Numbered from the stretch's first letter, positions 1 to 8,229 are shown. The stretch: 64,000 nucleotides of DNA from Eubacteriales bacterium (GCA_045635885.1 JAZTWO010000076.1:15054-79053), one strand, 5' to 3'. Notes: generated from the sequence alone by a model not told the origin. Translations and numbers: made by a program.

Positions 1-2
1 CC

Positions 3-869
3 ACAGGAGCTAAGAAGCAGGACTGGAGAACTTGGTTCCTTAACGGTTGGATCGATCTTGCAACTCCCATGGCATACTATAATGATGCAAGTGACGTTAA
101 TGCAAGAGTTAAAGATATGATCCTTATGGCAGGTAACAACTGCTTGTATTATACAGGTATTGCATCCTCTTACAGTGGTTTGCCCGCATGGCAGAATAAG
201 GAACATATTGAAGCTTCTTACAATGCAGGGGCTGCAGGTTACGTAATTTTCTGTTCAACACAGATTATTGGTCACCAGGACGTTCAGGATGCACTTAAGC
301 TTGGTGTAAACGGAAAGACAGCAGTTTTGCCTCACTCCGATATCAATCTTATTCTTGCCGCAAGCTTTGCGGATATTATTGACAAGGCAGGTAGACTCTA
401 TATCCCCGCAGGTGGTATGACTGAAGAACAGATGGCAGAGCTTGAAGCAATTCTTAACGAAATTGCTGCTATGTCCGATGAAGATACAGTGGCTATTTAC
501 CTTATCAAGAACCGTATTGAAAACCTTGTAAAGAATGAAATTAAGAATTATGCTAAGGGTTATTCTCGTCAGAGAATTATCGAACAGCTTAACGAAATGG
601 TTGACATTCTTGATGCAAGAATTTCTATGCAGCTTATCGCAGACGGCGAATGGGATCCTGAAGTAGAACCTCAGCGTCCCACAGTTAACGAAAACGGTAT
701 TGGTGTTCCTAACACACCCAATACACCTAACACTCCCAACAATCCTGTAAATCCTCCCGTTAACGGTGGAAATGACAATGGTACAGAAGAACCCGAACAG
801 CTTGGTTTCTTTGCTCGTCTTATTCAGGCAATCATTGCTTTCTTCCAAAGACTTTTTGGTAAGATTTAA
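3..869 (+). CDS. GHL10 (DUF187/YngK-like) glycoside-hydrolase-like exoprotein, C-terminal part; 5' end lies outside the window
   Basis: The frame is open from the window edge (nt 3). By eye it is roughly 60% identical to the last ~270 aa of the adjacent 733-aa ORF (DW.TWF..GWI..ATPMAYY, LYYTGIASSYSGLPA, LYIPAGGMTE). A Pro/Asn/Thr linker is followed by the C-terminal tail GFFARLIQAIIAFFQRLFGKI. Confidence 0.75.
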   Translation, partial: TGAKKQDWRTWFLNGWIDLATPMAYYNDASDVNARVKDMILMAGNNCLYYTGIASSYSGLPAWQNKEHIEASYNAGAAGYVIFCSTQIIGHQDVQDALKLGVNGKTAVLPHSDINLILAASFADIIDKAGRLYIPAGGMTEEQMAELEAILNEIAAMSDEDTVAIYLIKNRIENLVKNEIKNYAKGYSRQRIIEQLNEMVDILDARISMQLIADGEWDPEVEPQRPTVNENGIGVPNTPNTPNTPNNPVNPPVNGGNDNGTEEPEQLGFFARLIQAIIAFFQRLFGKI

Positions 870-877
870 GAATTTAG

Positions 878-3079
878 TTGAAGGAGGGAATTGTTATCAA
901 AAATACATATAAAGTTTTTATTGCATTATTGATTGTTTTTGCATCGTTAACTTCTGTAATTTCAGCATCGGCCGTGCAAACATTTAATAATGATTATAGT
1001 GTCAATAAAAATGCAAGTGTTAGCACTTCCTCTCTTAATTCTACATACAACAGTATGGTAAGTAAGGTCAATTCTGCTGTGAATTCTGCTCAAACAAAGA
1101 TTTCACAGCTGTATGACCTGGATAAAGAGCTTATTGACAACTATATTTCACAAGCTAAAAATGAATTAAAGGAGATGGAAAATCTTAAAAATAGAATTTC
1201 AAATCTCCTTGGTACAAATCCAAATAGCTCTGAAATCAATTCACTTACAACGAAATTTAATAATTCCAAAGTGAAAATTGAAGAGCTTTGCTCACTTATT
1301 CTCGCTTCTTTAATCGAGAGTAACGTGGTTTCAGCAAGAGCCACTTGGTATAGACCCTGTGAAAAGACCTATGCCGAGATTAAGGCAAATGTTGAAATGT
1401 TTAAAAGTGTAGGAATTAACCTTATTTTCATTGAAACTTTCTATCATGGATGCTCCGCATTCAAAAGTGATATAAGTGATATTCCTTATCATCCCGATCT
1501 TGCATCAAGTTATAAAGATACCGAAAATAATATCGTTTATAACGATTATCTTTCTGCCTTTGTTGCTTGTTGTGTAGAGAATGGTATCGAAGTGCATGCA
1601 TGGGTTGAAAACTTTTATGTTGGAATCAATGCAAACACTAAAATAGTTGCAGATCATCCCGATTGGGTAATGTATAATGATGACGGAACTTTCCTTCAAC
1701 GCAAGGAAGGTGGACCTTACATCTTTATTGACCCGGCAAATAAAGAAGTGCAAGACCTTCTTATAAATTTTTACAACGAGTTGTTTGAAAAGCATCCCGA
1801 TGTAAAGGGACTTAATCTTGACTATATTCGTTATCCTGTTTCAAATCAGTCACAGGATACAGGATTTGCAGTTGCCGCTATGAAAGAATTTTATTCAATG
1901 CTTGGCAAAGAATTTTCTGAGGCACAACTTGCAGATCAAAACAAAATGTTGAATAAATTCTTGCAATTGTTTGATAAAAACTATCTTTATGGTGGACAAA
2001 CTGAAGCAAATGCTAACTATGAGCTTTGGGTTCAATACCGCACTCAAGTTATTACTGACTTTGTTTATCGCATAAAGACAGAGGTTAAAGAGCCAAATCG
2101 AATTGTTCTTTCAACCGCAGTTTTTGCTTCGATTAGCGAATCATTAACTGCTAAGAAAGCGGATTGGCAAACTTGGTTTAAAGAGGGATGGATTGAAATT
2201 GCAACTCCGATGGCATATTATACAAGTGCATCAACGGTTGAGGCAAGAGTAAAGGAAATGCTTGCGATTGGTGGAAATAAATGCCTTTATTACACAGGTA
2301 TTGCGTCCTCTTATAGCGGCCTTCCCGCATATCAAAACAAAGAATTTATTGAGGCATCTTATAAAGCAGGTACATCTGGTTACGTAATCTTTTCTGCGGC
2401 ACAAATTATTGGGCACAAGGATGTTCAGGACGTGCTTTCAAGTGGAGTTAATAGCAAGTGGGCAGTGTTGCCGCACGCAGATATTGACGTTATTTTGAAG
2501 GCAAGCTTTGACGATATTCTTGACAAGGTGATTAGATTATATATTCCTGCAGGTGGAATGACAGAGTCGGGAAGAGAAGCACTTGAAGAAATTTTGAATG
2601 AAATTTCTCAAATGCCCGCAACTGATTCTGATGAAATTCTTGCTATTTATAATAGACTTCAAACCCTTTTAAATAGCGAGTTGAAATCATTGGCAACAGG
2701 ATATTCATTGCAGAGATTGACAGAGAGTGTTGATTATCTTGCAGATATTATAAAGACAAGATCCCTTATGCCTATTGTTGAAGAGGAAATTCTTCCTCCC
2801 GATAATGAGGAAAATCCTGATGATGAACAAAATCCTGATGATGAACAAAATCCCGATGATGAACAAAATCCCGATGATGAAACTCAAGATAATGATGGCA
2901 ACGAAGGAGGGAATAATGGAAATGAAGACGCTGATGACAACGATTCAAACGTTGGTGGTGAGCCTTCAGACGATATTACCCCCCCACCCGTTGCAACAGA
3001 GCCAATTAAACGTGGTTTCTTGGCAAGATTGATAGAAGCAATTGTGGCTTTCTTTAACAAGCTTTTCGGTTTAGCTTAA
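878..3079 (+). CDS. Secreted GHL10 (DUF187/YngK-like) glycoside-hydrolase-like protein
   Basis: N-terminal signal/anchor (KVFIALLIVFASLTSVISASA) and an Asn/Ser-rich coiled-coil-like segment. GHL10-type motifs follow: RATWYRP, HAWVENFYVG, FIDPANKEV, LNLDYIRYP. The protein ends with an acidic (NPDDEQ)n linker and the tail RGFLARLIEAIVAFFNKLFGLA. The start is uncertain: TTG 878 lies upstream of the AAGGAGGG SD (881-888), whereas in-frame ATC 896 has ideal spacing. Confidence 0.8.
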   Translation: MKEGIVIKNTYKVFIALLIVFASLTSVISASAVQTFNNDYSVNKNASVSTSSLNSTYNSMVSKVNSAVNSAQTKISQLYDLDKELIDNYISQAKNELKEMENLKNRISNLLGTNPNSSEINSLTTKFNNSKVKIEELCSLILASLIESNVVSARATWYRPCEKTYAEIKANVEMFKSVGINLIFIETFYHGCSAFKSDISDIPYHPDLASSYKDTENNIVYNDYLSAFVACCVENGIEVHAWVENFYVGINANTKIVADHPDWVMYNDDGTFLQRKEGGPYIFIDPANKEVQDLLINFYNELFEKHPDVKGLNLDYIRYPVSNQSQDTGFAVAAMKEFYSMLGKEFSEAQLADQNKMLNKFLQLFDKNYLYGGQTEANANYELWVQYRTQVITDFVYRIKTEVKEPNRIVLSTAVFASISESLTAKKADWQTWFKEGWIEIATPMAYYTSASTVEARVKEMLAIGGNKCLYYTGIASSYSGLPAYQNKEFIEASYKAGTSGYVIFSAAQIIGHKDVQDVLSSGVNSKWAVLPHADIDVILKASFDDILDKVIRLYIPAGGMTESGREALEEILNEISQMPATDSDEILAIYNRLQTLLNSELKSLATGYSLQRLTESVDYLADIIKTRSLMPIVEEEILPPDNEENPDDEQNPDDEQNPDDEQNPDDETQDNDGNEGGNNGNEDADDNDSNVGGEPSDDITPPPVATEPIKRGFLARLIEAIVAFFNKLFGLA
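2813..2881 (+). repeat. 18-bp tandem repeat (about 3.8 copies) encoding an (NPDDEQ)n linker
   Basis: AATCCTGATGATGAACAA occurs twice, AATCCCGATGATGAACAA once, and one partial copy follows, all head to tail and in frame. Confidence 0.9.
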
Positions 3080-3153
3080 TTAAATCGACAAAAAAGATTT
3101 TCTGATGCTTTGCATCTTAAAATAATTTATTAAATACTCAGGAGGTATTTCTT

Positions 3154-6100
3154 ATGAAAATGTCAAGATTTTTGACAGTAATGGCAGTAATCCTTGTTCT
3201 TGTACTTGGTTTGTCTGCTTGTGAGTTCCCCTTGGTAAGTTCCACAACTTCTAACACAGTTGCAACTGAACCTACTAAGACAGAACCCACACACACTACT
3301 CCCACAACAACACCTACTACAAATGGTGGTAATCCCGGTGTTGATCCCACACCCGACCACGAATGCGAAAGCGTATGTCCCGAGTGTGGTTTGTGTCTTA
3401 ACGATAGTTGCGTAGATGCAGTATGCGCTGATAAGTGTGCTGGTCATCAGACAACTCCCGTTGAAACAACACCCGTTATCTCTGTAGTTCCTAGTGAAAT
3501 CGAGATTAACGCAGGTGACGATATCGATCTTATGTTCGGTGTTACTGTTGAAGACGAAGGCGACGAAGCTCCTCGTCTTATCATCTCTGATGATGATGAT
3601 TTTGATGCTGATGTTGAAGGTGTTTACACAATCACTTACACAGCAATCAACAAGTTTGGCAATGAAGCAACTGCAACACGTACAGTTACAGTTCTTAAGG
3701 CTCTTTCCGCTCTCACTCTTGAAGTTCAGAAGAACATTCTTGGTGAATCTAAGTGGACAGGCAACATGCTTAACTTCAAGAACAGCGAATACGTTGTTCT
3801 TAACGCAAGTGCAACTCTCGACAAACAGAGCGGTGTATTCTACAATGCATCTGGCTTTGAGATCACATTGACAATTTCAGGCGAATACGGCGTAGCAGCT
3901 ATCATTACTGCTAACGGCGTAGTAATTGAAGGCCGTGACGGTGCTAACAACAAGCTCGTTAACGCTTCTAACCCCGTTCGTACCTCCAGCTCCACTTCTA
4001 CTCTTGAAATCGATGGCGAAACAGTTTCTATCTCTAGCTCTTTCGCAAAGGGTATGAAGATTCCTGCAGGCGGTTATGCAATCGTTGTTCAGGCAGGTTA
4101 CTTGGGCACAACAGTTGACTCTGACGGTCGTGGCTTTATGTGCTACAACGTAATTGGCACAGTTGGTAACGTAGTTCGTTTGCTTTGGGCTGATACAAAT
4201 GAAGTTCTTACACCTTACGTTGACCAGGCTCCCGTTATCAACGGTTACAATACAACAGTTTACGCAGGTAGCAGCGAATTCGTATTTGATACAGAAGTTC
4301 TTGCAGGCGTAACAGCTACAGATGACAATGGCACATTTGATGTTTCCGACGACGTAACAGTTACAGTAACAATCAAAGACAATGGTGGCTTTGACATCAA
4401 CAAGCAGGGCAAATATACAGTAACTCTTGAAGCTACTGACGGTGAAAACACAACTGTAGTAACACGTACAGTTGAAGTTACAACTGAATCTGTTGAAATT
4501 AAGATCAACAATAATTCTTACGTAACACTTGAAGACCTTGTTGCAATCGACCAGGATCTTACAGTTCTTGGTAAGTACATCTTCGTTATCTACACACCTA
4601 ACTATAATGGTGGTCTTAACTGGACAAATGGCTACGGTGTAGCAGCAGTTATCAATAAGTACGGTGAAATCGTTCGTATTTACGACGGTGCAAGTGCTAA
4701 GTACTTTGACGAAAACAACAAGTCCGGTGTTCAGGACGGTACATGTACATCAGCTGGTTACTTGAAGGAAGCATTCGAATCTCGCCAAGATGGTGAATAC
4801 GTTCTTGTTGCTCCTAACGGTAACGGTAACGTTGGTAGAGGTTTCTTGTACTCCAACCGTACAATCGGTGCTAAGGTAACACTTCCTGGCATCACATTCG
4901 CAGCTCATGAATGTGAAAGCAAGTGCGCTAAGTGCGGTGGCTGTCTTGATGAAGCTTGTGCAGAAGCAGCATGCGCTACAAAGTGTAACTGCCACGAATG
5001 TGTAACAGTATGCGCTACATGTGGCAAGTGTGCTAACGCAGAATGTGCAGACGAAGTTTGCGCAGATAAGTGCGAAGGTCACGAAGTTCCCGCTCACGAA
5101 TGCGAAAGCGTTTGTGAACACTGTGCTAAATGTACAGACGCAGCTTGCACAGAAGAAGTTTGTGCTTCTAAGTGTGCAGGTCACGATAAGTCCATGTTCG
5201 TAACTATCGGTACAGCAAAGAAGTACGAAGCTCTTGAAGGCATGTGGGCTATCAACCAGGAAATCACAACATCCAATGCTGCAACAAAGGCAGTTTGGGT
5301 ATTTGATAAGAGCTACACAGGTAGCTTCAACACAAACGGTTACGGTGTAGCGGTAGTTCTTGACAGCTTTGGTAGAATTATTGAAGTTTATGACGGTGCA
5401 AACGTTGGTTACTGGTTGCCTTCTGGTAAGCAGGCAACTGCTCACTTCAATGCAAATACATACGCAACAACTGCATGGGCAGAACTTCAGGCAGGTGAAA
5501 CTCTTGTAGTATTCCCCAATGGTGTAGACGGCAACAAGGCTCGTCAGATCGGTCTTGATTCTCGTTACCTCTTCAATCAGAAGATGAACATCACAGGCGT
5601 TGAATTTGACGCTCCCGAAAAGACAATCACAGTAAATGGTAAGACATTTACAGCAGGTGAAGGCAAGTGGCTCTACAATACAACTGTTACTACTGCTCAG
5701 GCTCAGAACTACGCAATGATTATCTTTGATAAGAACTTCACAGGTGAATTCACAACTAATGCTTACGGTGCAGCTATCGTTCTTAACCAGTATGGTATGC
5801 TCGTAAAGGTTTATGACGGTGCTAACCTTGGCTTCTATCAGGGCAATGGTAATGAAACAGCTCACTTCACAACATCTAACTATGCTACAGTAGCTTTCTC
5901 CGACCTTAAGGATGGCGAAATTCTTATCATCCTTCCCAATGACGGAACAAATGGTGCAACATCTGCTCGTACATTTGGTCTTGGTCTTCGTACAGATGGT
6001 TCTATCGGTAAGGTAGCAACTCTTACAGGCTTCAGATTTGAATCTCCTGAAAAGACAATCACAATCGGTGCAAAGACATATACTGCTGAATACGGCAAGT

Positions 6101-6477
6101 GGCTCTACAACACAGCGGTTACTACATCTAATGCAGCTAACTATGCAATTATCCTTTTCGATAAGAACTTCACAGGCGAATTCACAACTAACGGTTATGG
6201 TGTAGCAGTAGTTCTTAACGCAGAAGGCAAGGTAACAAAGGTTTATGACGGTGCTAACGGTGGCGGTAACTGGTATACATCTGCTGGTAAAGCTGCAAAA
6301 GAAGGCATGGATGTAAACAACTATGCACAGTATGCATGGAATGAACTTCAGGAAGGCGAATTGCTTATCATTCTTCCTAATGGTGGTTCTGAAGGCAATG
6401 CGGCTCGTCAGGTTGGTCTTGATTGCCGTTGGCTCATTGGACAGAAGATGTCTGTAACAGGCTTTTCTTTCCAGTAA
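3154..6477 (+). CDS. Large surface lipoprotein of unknown function (7-Cys modules, Ig-like domains, five uncharacterised repeat modules)
   Basis: AGGAGG SD upstream of the ATG. Lipobox LGLSA|C (Cys23) followed by a Thr/Pro linker. Four 7-Cys modules, two Ig-like domains of DUF5011 flavour (G.Y..TY.A....GNEA...R.V.V), and five related 140-160-aa modules with core NGYGVA.V....G.....YDGAN...PNG. No catalytic family recognised. Confidence 0.85.
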   Translation: MKMSRFLTVMAVILVLVLGLSACEFPLVSSTTSNTVATEPTKTEPTHTTPTTTPTTNGGNPGVDPTPDHECESVCPECGLCLNDSCVDAVCADKCAGHQTTPVETTPVISVVPSEIEINAGDDIDLMFGVTVEDEGDEAPRLIISDDDDFDADVEGVYTITYTAINKFGNEATATRTVTVLKALSALTLEVQKNILGESKWTGNMLNFKNSEYVVLNASATLDKQSGVFYNASGFEITLTISGEYGVAAIITANGVVIEGRDGANNKLVNASNPVRTSSSTSTLEIDGETVSISSSFAKGMKIPAGGYAIVVQAGYLGTTVDSDGRGFMCYNVIGTVGNVVRLLWADTNEVLTPYVDQAPVINGYNTTVYAGSSEFVFDTEVLAGVTATDDNGTFDVSDDVTVTVTIKDNGGFDINKQGKYTVTLEATDGENTTVVTRTVEVTTESVEIKINNNSYVTLEDLVAIDQDLTVLGKYIFVIYTPNYNGGLNWTNGYGVAAVINKYGEIVRIYDGASAKYFDENNKSGVQDGTCTSAGYLKEAFESRQDGEYVLVAPNGNGNVGRGFLYSNRTIGAKVTLPGITFAAHECESKCAKCGGCLDEACAEAACATKCNCHECVTVCATCGKCANAECADEVCADKCEGHEVPAHECESVCEHCAKCTDAACTEEVCASKCAGHDKSMFVTIGTAKKYEALEGMWAINQEITTSNAATKAVWVFDKSYTGSFNTNGYGVAVVLDSFGRIIEVYDGANVGYWLPSGKQATAHFNANTYATTAWAELQAGETLVVFPNGVDGNKARQIGLDSRYLFNQKMNITGVEFDAPEKTITVNGKTFTAGEGKWLYNTTVTTAQAQNYAMIIFDKNFTGEFTTNAYGAAIVLNQYGMLVKVYDGANLGFYQGNGNETAHFTTSNYATVAFSDLKDGEILIILPNDGTNGATSARTFGLGLRTDGSIGKVATLTGFRFESPEKTITIGAKTYTAEYGKWLYNTAVTTSNAANYAIILFDKNFTGEFTTNGYGVAVVLNAEGKVTKVYDGANGGGNWYTSAGKAAKEGMDVNNYAQYAWNELQEGELLIILPNGGSEGNAARQVGLDCRWLIGQKMSVTGFSFQ
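4906..5184 (+). repeat. Three tandem ~30-codon 7-Cys modules (fourth copy at 3358-3447)
   Basis: The pattern HEC...C..C..C....C....C..KC.(G/C)H is repeated in translation. Confidence 0.85.
5608..6474 (+). repeat. Two adjacent ~144-codon modules (5608-6039 and 6040-6474), the closest pair among five related modules
   Basis: Both begin (D/E).PEKTIT..(G)K T(F/Y)TA..GKWLYNT.VTT and share FDKNFTGEFTTN.YG.A.VLN. They end TGF(R/S)F. Confidence 0.85.
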
Positions 6478-6526
6478 TTATTAATTCTTTAAGAATTAAC
6501 AATCAACAAAAATAAAACAAATATAT

Positions 6527-6550
6527 CCCCATCGCCTTCGGGCGATGGGG
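6527..6550 (+). other. GC-rich stem-loop with UUCG tetraloop, no U-tract
   Basis: CCCCATCGCC-TTCG-GGCGATGGGG, a 10-bp perfect stem, sits between the lipoprotein gene and the phosphodiester glycosidase gene. Confidence 0.7.
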
Positions 6551-6570
6551 GCAACAGAGAAGAGAAAAAA

Positions 6571-8229
6571 ATGAAAAAATTATTTACTTCTTTAACAGTT
6601 GTAGTAGCATTAGTTCTTTTAATGACTATTACAGTTTCCGCTTTTACATCAAGTGTTCTTTCAAATCCTTCTTATTCCATTAACATCAATGGAATGAAGT
6701 ATGTTGAAGCAACTGTAAAAGAGAACGGTTCAACACAAAAAATATTCTATGGTGAATATAACGCAACAAGCAAAGACGCTGAATATGAATGGGTAATTCA
6801 CAGTGTTAGAGATGGTTCTGAAACCACTCTTTCTACTGTATTGAAAATTGCTCAGGACTATGAAGCAAAAACAGGTCGCAAAGTTATGCTTGCGACAAAT
6901 GGCGACTATTTCTATAATACAGGCGCAAACGTTGACTCCTATGTAAATAATGGTATCGTTATTACAAAGGGTAATATGACAAACAAAAATTGCATTGGCT
7001 TTGATAACAATGGAAAAGTTGTGGTTGGCAGAATGACAGAGGTTGATGAACGTCTTGTTATTTATAACGAAAACAATGAATCACAATTTTTTAAGATTGA
7101 TAAATTTAATCAGCAGCCTGCGGCAGGTGAGATAGCTATTTATAATGTTGCAGGCACTTATACTGTAACAAATGCAGGTGCTATGGTTGTTAAGGCCGAA
7201 AGCACAAATCTTACTTCATATCCTCTTTGGGGTTCTGACTATACAATGACCGCAAAAGGCGTGCAAGAAAGTAAGACATTCACTCTTAAGAGTGGACAGT
7301 ATGCGGTAGTATATACTGCAGCTCACAATGATATTTTCAGCAATCACGTTTACGGTGATAAAGTGGACCTTGTTGAAATTCCTGCGGGTCAGTTTGCAGG
7401 ATGCACATGGGTAGTTGGCGGTTATGACGCTTTGGTTAATAACAATATTGTTAACACAAACTGCCATACTGACAACAGTGGTAATGCTGCAGCTCCTCGT
7501 ACATTTATCGGTTTTAAGGCAGATGGTACAGGATTCCTTTGTGTAGTTGACGGACGTGGTGCAGGCGGTTCTGCAGGTATCACAGTTAATCAGGAAGCAC
7601 AGCTTGCAAGTGTTCTTGGCGCACAGTTCGCTCTTGAGCTTGACGGTGGTGGTTCTTCCACTATGATTATTCGTGTAAACGATAAGCTTACACTTCGTAA
7701 TAGTCCTTCCGACGGTTCTATGAGAAAGGTATCCAATGCTATCCTTTTGGTTGAAAAACCAAAGGCAGAGGGATCACATGAGCATACTTTCGTTGAAGGT
7801 AAGTGCGAGTGTGGTGCAACTGATCCCAATTATAACCCCGGTTCAACTGAACCTCACAATCACTATTGGAATGCTGCAACATGTACAAGTCCTCGCACAT
7901 GTGAATGTGGCGAAACACTTGGTTCTGCTCTTGGACACAAATACGTTAACGGTATTTGCACAAGATGTCAGGAAGAAGACCCCAATTACATTCCTCCTCA
8001 CGAACACGTTTTCGTTGAAGGTAAATGTGAATGCGGAGCGGTGGACGAAAATTATCAACCTCCTCACGAGCACAACTTCGTTGAAGGTAAGTGCGAATGT
8101 GGGGAAGAGGATCCCAATTATACTGAAGAGTCCATGCAATCGGATTGTGGCGGTACTGTTGGCTTCGGTGGAATGATAAAGAGAATTATCGAAGCAATTA
8201 TTAAGTTTTTTATGGAATTATTTTCCTAA
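6571..8229 (+). CDS. Secreted phosphodiester glycosidase family protein (NAGPA/DUF2233-like) with Cys/His mini-modules
   Basis: Signal peptide (TITVSA|F). NAGPA-type motifs ATNGDYF, PRTFIGFKADGTGFLCVVDGRG and ALELDGGGSSTMI. Five His/Cys mini-modules at 7777-8121. C-terminal tail MIKRIIEAIIKFFMELFS. Confidence 0.85.
   Translation: MKKLFTSLTVVVALVLLMTITVSAFTSSVLSNPSYSININGMKYVEATVKENGSTQKIFYGEYNATSKDAEYEWVIHSVRDGSETTLSTVLKIAQDYEAKTGRKVMLATNGDYFYNTGANVDSYVNNGIVITKGNMTNKNCIGFDNNGKVVVGRMTEVDERLVIYNENNESQFFKIDKFNQQPAAGEIAIYNVAGTYTVTNAGAMVVKAESTNLTSYPLWGSDYTMTAKGVQESKTFTLKSGQYAVVYTAAHNDIFSNHVYGDKVDLVEIPAGQFAGCTWVVGGYDALVNNNIVNTNCHTDNSGNAAAPRTFIGFKADGTGFLCVVDGRGAGGSAGITVNQEAQLASVLGAQFALELDGGGSSTMIIRVNDKLTLRNSPSDGSMRKVSNAILLVEKPKAEGSHEHTFVEGKCECGATDPNYNPGSTEPHNHYWNAATCTSPRTCECGETLGSALGHKYVNGICTRCQEEDPNYIPPHEHVFVEGKCECGAVDENYQPPHEHNFVEGKCECGEEDPNYTEESMQSDCGGTVGFGGMIKRIIEAIIKFFMELFS

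Noticed and set aside
4750-5865. A 371-aa Cys-rich ORF on the minus strand inside the lipoprotein gene.
   Set aside because: It is fully nested antisense to a well-supported plus-strand CDS. Its Cys richness mirrors the sense-strand GCA/ACA codons. It has no SD and no recognisable domain. The same reasoning applies to the other long antisense ORFs (255-848, 8439-9023, 16489-17025, 18327-18818, 35672-36190, 43480-43941 and others).
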